Source: Octopus vulgaris (lineage: Eukaryota). From it: 64,000 nt of DNA. Within the stretch, counting starts at the first letter, position 1. Each line of letters begins with the position of its first letter. Positions 28,022-39,864 of the stretch are shown one piece after another. The DNA lies in assembly GCA_951406725.2 (NCBI GenBank), contig OX597818.1, positions 87,234,001 to 87,298,000 on the forward strand, given 5' to 3'. The position numbers and the translations under genes were made by a program. The notes under the pieces were generated by a model. It was not told the DNA's origin. It ran no database searches and worked only from the letters and a program-made list of their open reading frames with translations.

Positions 28022-29491
28022 GTGAGTATATTTTCTAACCAGTCACCTATTTTCTCTTCATCTTTTTTATCATTTTTTTTTCCTACTTAAAATCTAGTTA
28101 TCATTTTCAATTCCAAATCTTTAGTGGTTGTTCTCTCCCTGACCCGCAGTTTGGGGTCTTAGGTCATGCATCTTTTGTGCTCCTACTCCATGCCTCCCTG
28201 ATGCTGTGTTCAGATACATGGTGCTAAGTCAAAACCTTTCAGCATAGGTTTTGGACTTCAGCCAGGGATGTCTAGTGCCACCTCTGCTTTTCATAATTTT
28301 TATAAACTACATTGACATTTACAGCTGTTGTTGTGGAACTGGTATCACATTCAGTGAGTGTAGGACCAGTCGGCTAATATTTGCAGATGCCTTCATTGGA
28401 CACTGCTTGTGAAGACCTGTTGAGGCAAGTGAAATCGAAATCAAATTCGATGACTGACATCTGTGCTAGTGGAGTACTAAGAGCACCATCCGAGCGTGAT
28501 TGTTGCCAGAGCAGCTAAGTGGCGTTCTTACCGGTGACATGTAAAAAGCACCATTCAAGCGTGATTGTTACCAGCGTAGCCTTACAAGCACTTATGCCAG
28601 TGACACGTAAAAAAAAAAAAAATCACGATTTTTTTTGTGGCCGTTGCCAGTACCGCGTGACTGGCCCTTGTGCCGGTGGCACGTAAAAGCATCCACTACA
28701 CACTTGGAGTGGTTGGCATTAGGAAGGGCATCCAGCTGTAAAAACTCTGCCAGATCAAGATTGGAGCTAGGTGCAGCCAACTGGTTTGCCAGTCTTCAGT
28801 CAAATCGTCCAACCCATGTTAGCATGGAAAGTGGACGTTAAACGATGATGATGATGAAGACATGGTTCTACTTGGCTCATTAGAATGTGATCTGAAGCTT
28901 GCACTGAATTGTTCTGCTGCCAAGGGATGCAAGGCAGAGATGAGAACGAGTGATGCGAAAACTGAAACCTAGGAGAAGACCAAGAATGGTAATATCCATA
29001 ATTGATCATGCTTGAGAATCCACCCACAAAGTTTAATGACAGTTATTTCCGATAGGACCCTATGGAGGAGGTGCCTGAGAACTCCACTCCCATGATCCTC
29101 CCAGGAATAGGGGACTAAAAGGATGGATAAATATGGAGCATCTAGTCACCACTTTTCACATTTTTTTACTTACTCCTTCGTTACTTTTTCCACTTTCATT
29201 TCTTGATTTAAAAAATAAACAACTTTAAGATTTAAAAAAATAAACAACTTTAGGAATGCAGGGTCTACATTTGTATTTTTTCCCCCCTTTTGCTGATTTT
29301 TTCCATTCTACCTCTTTTGTGTTTTTGATGGGTTTTTCACCCCCTTCTCTCCCCCACCTGCTGCAGTGGTTATTCTATCAATCTTACCTTATTCTCATTC
29401 ATTAACCTATCATATTCCTTCCACGACCTCTCAGCTCATTTTCTCATTCATCCGATAACCTTCCATCTTTTACCAAATTCTCTATTTCCAG

Positions 29492-29630
29492 AACGATCTG
29501 CTGCAGTGGTTAAAACTGCTGAATCTGGATTACTACCATGATACATTGCTAAGTCAGGGTTATACCACAATCGACCAGGTTACCGAGATTACTTGGGAAG
29601 ATCTTGAAGAGATTGGTATTAAACTCTTAG
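29492..29630 (+). CDS. CASKIN: Caskin-like exon, SAM2 (NDLLQWLKLLNLDYYHDTLLSQGYTTIDQVTEITWEDLEEIGIKLL-G)
   Basis: ttccag acceptor, TTAG|gtaagt donor phase 1; ITWEDLxEIGI motif continues as GHQKKI in next exon. Confidence 0.95.
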
Positions 29631-30254
29631 GTAAGTCTTTCGCCGTGGCGTCGCCGCCTTTGATTTCATTCTTTGTGTTTACAGATGTTTGGTGTTTGAT
29701 AGCTCCTGGTAAGATGTCTTGTCTTGTCTGGCCTGGATTCTCTCTGTCTCTCCGATTCTGCTTCTGTAACCATTTGAATAATTCTTGCTATTCCTGCTAT
29801 TTCCTGGTCTTGGTGCATGTATGCATATCCACATGTGAGCGGAAGTATATATCAATGCCAACGTGCTTACATAGCAATACCAACATGTACACACATACAG
29901 CAACACCAATTGCATACATGCTTCAATACCAAAATGCATGCACACACAAACGTGCATGTGCACACACACTCACACACACATAAACATGCCATAACTATAC
30001 TATGTGCATGCACACATACACACATCAACACCAATATGCACACAGTTATACTAATCCACACTGGAATACCAACACACACACAGACTGTAATACCAATACA
30101 GACAGTGATACGCACATACAGATGCATGCACACACACACACACACTGTAATATCAACACAAACATGCTCACCAACAAACTATATACATGTGATCCCACAT
30201 TCTTATACATACAAACACACACACACATATGTTCAACAACAAACTATATACACG

Positions 30255-30286
<32 letters not shown>

Positions 30287-31022
30287 TACACCATTTCCAC
30301 CACCACAACAATTCAAACAGAAATTCCTTCTTGTGACTTGTCAAAGTCGATGCTTAGAGAGGAAACTGACTGTCATTGTCTCTTGAGAATGTCCTTTGAT
30401 TGTAAGACTCAATTCTTGGAGAGATTTAACTCGCTGCAGGCATCACTTTACCATGACGTTAACAAAAGAGAAATCATGTTACAGAAGGATCTTAGCACCA
30501 GCCAACCCGCGCTTCAAACAAATGTCAATAGGCAGGTCAAGTGAGCCCAATGGCCTTAGTTTTCCAACAGTGCTGATATGTTACTCTAACTTGATATACA
30601 AGCGGGGTTGCTAAAAAGTTCCTGGCTTTGGGTAGAAGAAAATAAAGGAGGATCAGTTAACTATGGTTTCTTTCAACATATTCCCTTCACATCATCATCA
30701 TCATCTTCGTTTATCGTCCGCATTCCATGCTAGCATGGGTTGGATGGTCCAACTGGGGTCTGGGAAGCCAGAAGGCTGCACCAGGCCCAGTCTGATCTGG
30801 CAATGTTTCTACGGCTGGATGCCCTTCCTAACGCCAACCACTCCGTGAGTGTAGTGGGTGCTTTTTACGTGCCGATTCACACAATTATTGCAGTGGTCCT
30901 TCGTTTTTTCTAAGCCCTGTAAAAGAACTTTGAAGGTTAGGCCTCTAACCAAGCCTTTCATGGTACCCTTAAAACCAGGAACTTTCCAGTACCCCCGTGT
31001 ATGTGTGTGTACATACATACAT

Positions 31023-31056
<34 letters not shown>

Positions 31057-31062
<6 letters not shown>

Positions 31063-31265
31063 TGGGTGCTGAATAGTTTCAGGCTTTGGGTAAAAGAAAG
31101 TAGAGGAAGATCAGTTAATTATGATTTTATTCAGCATATTTAACACTTATTGCAGCGATCCTTCAGTTTTTTTAAGCCTTGTAAAAAGAACTCAGAATGG
31201 TTGGGCCCCCAAACAGACCTTTTGTGATACCCTTGAAGCCAAGAACTTTTCAGCACCCCCTTGTG
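31057..31265. mobile_element. Mariner-type MITE; second copy at about 30598-31000 interrupted by a SINE
   Basis: imperfect TIR CGAGGTGGGTGCTGAATAGTTTC / GAACTTTTCAGCACCCCCTTG; two local copies. Confidence 0.65.
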
Positions 31266-31777
31266 TAATACTACATGTGCTTTCATAGAATAACCCCCAT
31301 GTTATCCCAGAACAATATATCATGGGGCAATTTTCACCCCATTTAACCCTTTATCATTTAAAGCAGCCCATCAGGCTCAAATATTCTATTTGTTTTAGAT
31401 TTAAACTGGTCGTATCCAGCCTCTCACACCTACCCTACAATGTCATTCTAGAAACATACAATCATATCATCAAAATTTCAAAGCTGTGAATTAATGTATG
31501 ATTAATTCCGGCACGTAAAAAGCACCATTTGAACATGGTTGATGCCAGTGCCACCTGACTGGGCCCCCCGTACTAGTGGCACATAAAAAGTACCCACTAT
31601 ATTTTCGGAGTGGTTGGCATTAAGAAAGGGCATCCAGCTTTAGAAACCTTGCCAGATCAGATTGGAGCCTGGTACAGCCTCCTGGCTGGCCAGTCCTCGG
31701 CCAAACCGGCCAACCCATGCCAGTATGGAAAGCAGATATTAAACGATGATGATGATAAGTGTAAATAAATAGGCATT

Positions 31778-32158
31778 AGGCGCAGGAGTGGCTTTGCTAA
31801 CCAACTACATGGTTCTGGGTTCAGTCCCACTGCGTGGCATCTTGGGCAAGTGTCTTCTACTATAGCCTCGGGCCGACCAAAGCCTTGTGAGTGGATTTGG
31901 TAGATGGAAACTGAAAGAAGCCTGTCATATATATATATATATGTGTGTATATGTTTGTGTGTCTGTGTTTGTCCCTCTAGCATTGCTTGACAACCGATGC
32001 TGGTGTGTTTACGTCCCCGTCACTTAGCGGTTCGGCAAAAGAGACCGATAGAATAAGTACTGGACTTACAAAGAAATAAGTCCCGGAGACGATTTGCTCG
32101 ACTAAAGGCGGTGCTCCAGCATGGCCGCAGTCAAATGACTGAAACGAGTAAAAGAGAG
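31778..32158 (+). mobile_element. tRNA-derived SINE family A, representative copy; others near 1493-1880(-), 4795-5160, 8360-8660, 11381-11775, 12975-13335(-), 44005-44250, 57990-58335(-)
   Basis: pol III B-box-like GGTTCAGTCCC head, internal TA/TG microsatellite, conserved ...GGTGCTCCAGCATGGCCGCAGTCAAATGACTGAAAC tail in more than 10 copies. Confidence 0.85.
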
Positions 32159-32276
32159 ATAGTATTACGTTTAGCAGAATAATCTGAATGCTAAAAGGTT
32201 AAAGCGTTGTTTTTTTCTGTAACCAATGTTTCTGAAATAGCCACAACTGATTTTTTTTTCTTTCTTTTCATTTCAG

Positions 32277-33977
32277 GCCATCAGAAAAAGATCATCCTGG
32301 CCATCGACCGCCTAAAACGAATTATGGCTGGTACTAAGCGCTTGTCTTCTTTAGAGCAAAGGTCACCCTACATTGAGCCTCTCGAACCTCCTGCGATGAA
32401 TATGTCGGGCCAGTGGTCACTCGACACGGGTAGCAACAGTTCTTCGGACACTACCCTGACCTTGACTCGGCCTAAAAAATCGACATCCGGTGAAAGTTTG
32501 ACCGAAATGCACCCATTTCATCCATACCGGGAGAAAGAGGGCAGCAGTGGCGACCAAACACCCACCTCATCCAGTCCTGGCAATCTCCCTCCAGATTACG
32601 TAGCCATTCAAGTGAAACGCTCATTGTCAAACAACAGTTCGAGTGATATGTCTCCTATTGTCGAAAGCACGGACATGACTGGTCAGCCAATAACTTACCA
32701 ATCATTTCATATACCTTCTTCTAATAAGAGATGCTCTGATGTCATTGAGGAAAAATTCCCAGGTACCAACGGTCAGTTGATAATAGAGGACACCCTCAGT
32801 GATAATGTCACTCGTCCTTCGGCCACAGTCTCCCCTCGAGTCATGGTGAAACCAAAACCTGTAGCCAAGATCCCTGCTAAGTCTAAACAGCAAGGGCGTG
32901 AAATGTCCCCCGATTTATTGGACGAAAAACACAGTCGTGAGTTAGCTGTGGAAGCATTGAAGAGTTTCAACACAATGAAATCTTGTAGTCAAAGTCACGA
33001 GCATATTTATGATCAGCCTGTCGTTAATCTTCCTAAATCACCCAAACCACTGGTTTTACCAAAGTCTGTTAGTCTAAACAACAACACCTCCATCTCAACC
33101 GGCTGCGAACCATTAAGTCCCATGAAACCAGATGCTGACGACTACTATCCACCAATCGCGACAAAGCCAAAGAAGGTGCCACCCCCACCACCTCCGAAGC
33201 GAAGTAACTCAATGCGTGTAGAGGGACCGAAATACAACTTACCCAACCGACGCAGTGAACCGGCTACCCCTATCTGTATGGCTGACTCGTTGTCAAAATC
33301 ACTGCCCAACTCCACAACACACCACGAAGAATTTGCAAACTGCGTCAAAACTTTGTCAGAGCGTTTCGGCAAGAATATGGGCAATGCCGATGCCCAAGAC
33401 TCATCATCCAATGAAAGCGATGAAATGCCTCCTCCCCCTCCTCCACTTGCCATGGATATTATCACCCCAAGACTTCATAACTATGGCATTCCTTCCAAGG
33501 GAGGTCGACCCACTATGGATCTTTCCAGCAACAATCCACCTTCCAGGCTAAAAAAAGACACATGCCCCATCCTGAAAGAGAAACCAGCATTTTTGATGCA
33601 AAAATTTCCAATTAACGAGAAGATAATTGAGGATCCCCCAGCCCCTATGGCACTACCAACCTCCACTCTAGATAAGAGCATCCCAGAACAAGAAGAGTTT
33701 GTGGCAAAGCGAAAGGATTCTACATTGAGCGTGGAATCAAACAGTTCCAACTCGAGTGTGGAATCTAACACTTTGCCGTTCGCTAACGAAAACATCGGTA
33801 CGATAAAGCAGAAGAATTCTCCTGCGGCGCTGAAGCTAATTGAAGGACTCCAAGCAGATTTTGATTTGACAGACGTCGATCATGACAACATTGGTATTCG
33901 CTCCAACAGCACTTCACTCACAAGTAGCTCAATCGAAAGGACACATGCAAAATTAAACGATGATGCTAATGATGAAC
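32277..33977 (+). CDS. CASKIN: Caskin-like large exon: SAM2 end (GHQKKIILAIDRLK) plus Pro/Ser-rich region (PPPPPKRS, NTLPFANENIGTIKQK)
   Basis: tttcag acceptor, GAAC|gtaagt donor phase 1, lies within ORF 32207..34000; LPFAxExxxTIKQ motif recalled from caskins. Confidence 0.93.
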
Positions 33978-34664
33978 GTAAGTATTTTATGTCATCGTAA
34001 ACTGACCTGTAAAGGTTTTAGTTATGTCACTGCTTGTTCCATGTCAGTTAAGGGCCATCTGCAGCTTGCAGAAGAATGGCATACCTAACAGAAAATTATC
34101 TTATGCTGAACCATATCTCATGCTACTCAGTTCTCAGAAAAAGGTTGCCCATGCTTGTTCTACGTCCTATCATTCCCTGTAGCAAAGTAAGACACCAAAT
34201 GATTGCAAACAGACATATCTAACATAGGTTGAACCAAGTAGGTAATGTGGCTTAGACATGCAACCTTTCAGAAATAACCGTCAACTGTCCCTCTCAAATC
34301 TTACCCTACGAAACTTTAGATACTAGCTGTGAATATTCCAATTCGTTAGCTGTGTAAATGTGCCCTTTCTGTATATTTGCCCCCAAAGATTATATTAACC
34401 TTTTCATTACCATATTTTAAATGAAATAACAATGACTCTGTGTTTTAAATTAATTTTTGAAAATGATCAAGAATTTGAAAGGATTTAGTAAAACAATTTG
34501 AGAGGGTGCTTAGTGCAGTAGATTGGCAAAATTGTTACAGCACCAGACTATATTCCTTGCAGTATGTTTTGCAGCTCATTGTACACCATAACTTTAAATC
34601 TTACCAAAGTTAAATTAGCCTTTATTTTCTGTAGTTGATTAAGTAAAGTTCCAGTCTTATATCG

Positions 34665-34996
34665 GTACCTCGGTGGCATGTAAAAAGCATCACCTGTGCC
34701 GGTGGCACGTAAAAAGCACCATCCGAATGTGGCCAATGCCAGTGCTGCCTTGACTGGCTTCTGTGCCGGTGGCACGTAAAAAGCACCAACCGATCGTGTC
34801 CGCTGCCAGCCTCCCCTGGCACGTAAACAGCACCCACTACACTCATGGAGTGGTTGGCGTTAGGAAGGGCATCCAACTATAGAAACACTGCCAGATCAGA
34901 CTGGAGCCTGGTGCAGCCTCCTGGCTTCCCAGACCCTGGTTGAACCGTCCAACCCGTGCTAGCATGGAAAACGGACGTTAACCGATGATGATGATG
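34665..34996 (+). mobile_element. SINE family C with (GAT)n tail; others near 7008, 8970, 20490, 28400-28856, 30690, 31510-31757, 56625
   Basis: shared GTGGTTGGCGTTAGGAAGGGCATCCAGC...GCATGGAAA.CGGACGTTAA..GATGATGAT; internal GCCGGTGGCACGTAAAAAGCA repeats. Confidence 0.8.
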
Positions 34997-36352
34997 CTCC
35001 CATGTCTAACTTTACCCTCTACTTGGTCTCCCGAACCCAAAAAAATAAACAGTTGCACATACAGCTCAAGAGTAACAATTACAGGCAAGCTAATGGACAG
35101 AATCATCTGCATCTTCTCTTTCTGCTTGTGCTGTTCATTTATTAACTAACCGCTCTCCTAAATTTATAGTCTTAAAATTATTATTAAGATGATGCACAGA
35201 ACATAACTTACACAGCGGCCTCCAAAAAAATGTATACACACTTTAGGAAAGGAAAAATCTACATAAATAATTTTATTCAGTGTTACTACAATTTATTCAG
35301 TGTTATCGCAATTTGAAAGAGGTAAAACTTCAAAAGAGGTATTTATATTTACAGAAGTACTTCTACAAGTCAAATATTTATACAAAATTCTCCTTTCCTT
35401 AAGGTTTTTTTTTTTTTTGGTGGACTCTGTTGAAGTGCTTTCCAAAAGTGGCTAAGATAGGTTGATACTGTATTTAATGGCTTAAAAAATGTACGCACTT
35501 CAGTTACAGCTGTGCATATTAAGGAAAAATTGTGTTTCATGTATTATCTCTTATGGAAGGTCCAACTCAGCATTTTAGGATCCAGGGGTGATTTTCTGAG
35601 CCCCTTTTCTTTCGTTTTTTTTTTTTTTTCCTACTCCTCCTCACAAAAACTCAGCATCAAATATGCCTGAGGGTCCTATAGTTTCTTGCTGAACATCTTG
35701 CACGGATGATTTGTTTGTAATCTACTATAGTAATACTCTTGTGTTTTTCTCCGTCACAACATATGAATGAGAAAGGAAGGGGTGATGGCAAACTTGGTAG
35801 TGGGATAATTGAAGTTCTACAGCGAAAAAAAGTCAAACAGTGTTTCAACTCTGTGTGAGTGTATATGTATATAAAAGGGAATCCTGAGTGATTGTTTGTG
35901 TGTGTATGTGTAATGGAAGTGGGATGGTGAACATCCAACGCTGAAAAGAAAAATCAAACAGCGTTTCAACTCTGCTTGAGTGTATGTGTGTGCATGTACA
36001 AGGGAAGTATGTGAATGTTTGTATGTGTGATTATTATGTACCTTATTTATATACAAAATACTACAATTAGCCTTCATTTTCGACAGCATGGGGCCAGCTA
36101 GTAATTAAATCAAAAGTATTGCCTGTTTCAGATGAACAAGTGTAACCACCACGACAGGTGTGGAAGTGATCGCGGAGCAATGTGAGATGAAGTGTCTTGC
36201 TCAAAAACACAATGCACCACCCGATCCAGGAATCAAAACTACGATTTCGCTAGGTCATTCCACCCTCAAATGCCATCAAAATCGGTATATAATAAATAAC
36301 ATGTAAATAACGGAATTTTACTAATTCCTTCACTGTCTCGTCTTCGTTGCAG

Positions 36353-36482
36353 CTCCCCAGCGGCCTCCTTTGCCAAAGAAGTATGAAGCTTCAGCGTCGC
36401 CGATTATTGCACCGAAACCCAAACTCAGACCCACACCCCCGCCTGTAGAACCCAAGAAGCCCGTGGAACCGCCACCCAAACC
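36353..36482 (+). CDS. CASKIN: Caskin-like Pro-rich exon (PPQRPPLPKK...PKPKLRPTPPPVEPKKPVEPPPKP)
   Basis: ttgcag acceptor, CC|gtaagt donor, phase 1-2 fits both neighbours. Confidence 0.9.
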
Positions 36483-36966
36483 GTAAGTATTATTAGCTGT
36501 GGACCATTCAAGGGAGATAACTATATATATATATCCATATTTTGACATGGTGAATAAATTGAAGCACATTTGTGCGTATGTATGTCTGTGAATTTATGTA
36601 TACTCTTTTACTTGTTTAAGTCATTTTACTGTGGCCATGCTGGAACACCGCCTTTAGTCGATCGAACAAATCGACCATCGCTTGACAACCGATGTTGGTG
36701 TGTTTACATCCCCCGCTACTTAGCCGTTCGGGACGAACGAGACTGATAGAATAAGTACTAGGCTTACAAAGGATAAGCCCTGGGGTCGAGTTGCTCGACT
36801 AAACGGCGGTGCTCCAGCATGGCCACAGTCAAATGACTGAAACAAGTAAAAGAGTATATGTATGTATATAAAAATGTTGGTGATGATATATGTTGTATAT
36901 ACGTCTTTATGCATAGAAAATTACCAAGCTTTGTAATTCTCTTTCTATTTGTCTTCTTTATTTCAG

Positions 36967-37069
36967 TGCCAAACCTGCTACCACAGAGACAGGGAATGTT
37001 CTACATGACATAGACAACATGCTACAGAACCTCACCGAAGAACTCGATGCTATGTTGGAACTAAGTTAA
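36967..37069 (+). CDS. CASKIN: Caskin-like last coding exon, Caskin tail (GNVLHDIDNMLQNLTEELDAMLELS*)
   Basis: tttcag acceptor; matches caskin C-terminal LDDIxxMxxxLxxQLDAML motif; TAA at 37067-37069. Confidence 0.93.
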
Positions 37070-38289
37070 GAGACGTTGCCTTCGCCATTGTCCATCTCCA
37101 CGTACCACGCATACCGACACTCACACACCTCTCCACTTGAACCGTTATTATTCCAGACCACCACCACTACTACTTTTACTATTGTTGCTGCTGCTACTGT
37201 ATTTCATTATTATTATTAATATTTAAAAAGTGGTGGTAGATTGACATTTATATATATGTATGTATACACACACATGAAACGTGTGTATGCATATATATAT
37301 ATGCATACATACACACATACATTAAAGCTTGGATTGAATATCTTGTGGTATTTAGTTACGTCCCTTTATATTCAGACTTTGAAACTCGCCATGGTCGACT
37401 TTTATCTTTTATTCGTTTATGGTTAACGAAATAATGTACCAGTTGTATTCTGGTGTCAACTTGATCGACTTAATTAACTCCCCTCCTTTCCCAAATTTCT
37501 GGCCTTGTGCCTGTTAGAAATGTTAATAATAATAATAACCATTATTATTATTATTATTATATTATGAAAAAAAAAATTTTTTTTTTTTTTTTGTTAATTC
37601 CAACAGCTGCTCTTGAACTTAGAAACAAGCTGTGTCTGGGCTAATATTTATTTTTTATTTTTATGGTTTGTTTGTAAAATTTTTTTTTTTTTCAAATTTG
37701 TCGTAAAATTTTACAAATTATTAAGTCATGTGGAACAACATTTAAGATTGGAAAAAAAAAAATTTTTTTTTTTTAAATTCTTTTTCGGGCAATGAACACA
37801 TGTGAAGCGTGACAATGTGCAACTGCTCAAACATGGTGATTTCATCATTGCCATTTATCATCATCATTATCATCAACATTATCAGTTATCATAATCACTA
37901 CTCCCACCATCATCATCATCATCATTGATAGTAGCATCACACGAATAGCATTTAGTTTTTAAACGTTTACGAAGGAATTTTTTTTTTTTTTTTTTGTGTG
38001 ATGTCTTCTACCTCACAGAACCTCCACACACCTACTACCACTACTACTACTATTATTATCATTACTATTATTATTAACCAGAATTCATGCCAAATAATGG
38101 TTTCTCTCCTCCAGCTAGTCCCCTAAACCAAAATCCCATGTTCCCCCACCATTGTATAAATTATAGAATTTTTTTCTCATTTATTTTTTTCCGTTTGTAA
38201 ATCTTTTGTAAATGTATCTTGGCTCTTAAAATACAAAATTGTGGGTGAAAGTAAATTTGGATATGTATATATGGGTGTGTATGTGTATG

Positions 38290-38329
<40 letters not shown>

Positions 38330-39827
38330 CATTCACACGTGGTTGCATGAATGTGAATACATGTATGTATGTGTAGAGACACATGTATGTGCGTGTTCTT
38401 AGATGTATAGTTTGTTGTATGCAACGCTGGTAAAAAAAAAAAAAAAGAGAATAAAATGGTGCACGCTGCCATGCCATGCCAGTGTAGGTTAGTAATTTAT
38501 AAACAAGAATACAAGCGAATAATCAATATTTTATCTCATTGACGACCTTGTTTTATTAACTGTTGTTCTTGTTGTTTTGCAACCCCCCTGTCAGATGTAT
38601 GTGAGTTTTGGACGTAGCGAGAGAGCTTGTTTGGGAACTTTTGAAAAAAAAGAAAAAATTTCATTCCCAATAAGACACACAAAAAGACAAAAAATAATAT
38701 TAAAAAAAAAAACACAAAAAAAGATAAAAATCTTTCTTCTCTATAAAAAAAAAAAGAAACAAAAAACTCCAAATGGGGATTGAAATAATTTATTGGCAGT
38801 TGCTGACATTCTTCACGTGTCTGAGAGAAAGTCATATAAATGCCACTCCTTTCTTACTATTTCCTAATATTTCTGATGATACCTTTCCCTTCCGCAGTTC
38901 AATACAAAACAGGACAAGCTTATCACCTCTCTTTGGAGCCCTCTCCCCCACCCCTCCGCCCATCGTCCCACCCACCTTTAAATGTGAATTTACATCAGGT
39001 GATGCAGTCAACCACGACATCTTTCCCTTCTAATCGGCAGTCAGTTGGTCACCCGGAACAGCTAACTCTCAGCAGTGTTTAGTTTAATGAAAATCCTCTT
39101 TCTCTTCTAACACATTTAGGCATTTGCAGTTACAATACATATATATATATATAGGTATATATATAAAATAAATAATATTGCTTTTGCTTCATCAAATTTG
39201 GTTCTGTTATTATGAGACACTAAGCAACTTTTGAATTGCTTCCAACCATTCAAATTTTACTCTTGAGCAATTATGGTGAGTGTAACCTTGAGCAAGGCAC
39301 TTAAGGTCTACTTGCTCTAGTTTTGATTTGACTGATTATGAAACAGGTCCCGCCTTCCTCATACTTTTGTTTTTACTTTATAGCCAGGTGGTTAAGTAGA
39401 CAGGTCATTCAGCAACAAAACCACTTGCTCCAGTGTGCATATATATATGTATATATATAAAAATGAGGGAATATTATTCCAAACTTACAGGGAAAAATTC
39501 AATTTAGAAATACTAAATCAAATTTCACAAAATATAATATATATATACTCACATACACACACACAAATATACATATATAAACTTAATCATTAGACTAGGA
39601 TGTGAACAATTCCCAAGAAATTTTCAGATTTATTCATAATTTTATTGTGACATACAGTTTTTTTCCAGCCACTGAAAGAGCTCTGCAGAAAAAAAGTGAA
39701 TGCTCTAAATCTGCAGAGAACTTGTAGTAATGGAAACAAACTGCAAAAAAATTGTGAATAAATGTTATAAAAATCTATATATACAGACCCTTCCCAAGCA
39801 TGCATATAGCAAAGTGTATGTGTGTGC

Positions 39828-39864
<37 letters not shown>

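Noticed and set aside
32207-32276. ORF-track start of the 597-aa ORF as a standalone gene
   Set aside because: The first 70 nt are intronic polypyrimidine tract; the exon starts at 32277 and ends at the 33977 donor
32702-33795. Antisense and alternative-frame ORFs over the large Caskin exon
   Set aside because: Shadows of a GC-richer coding exon with no recognisable motifs
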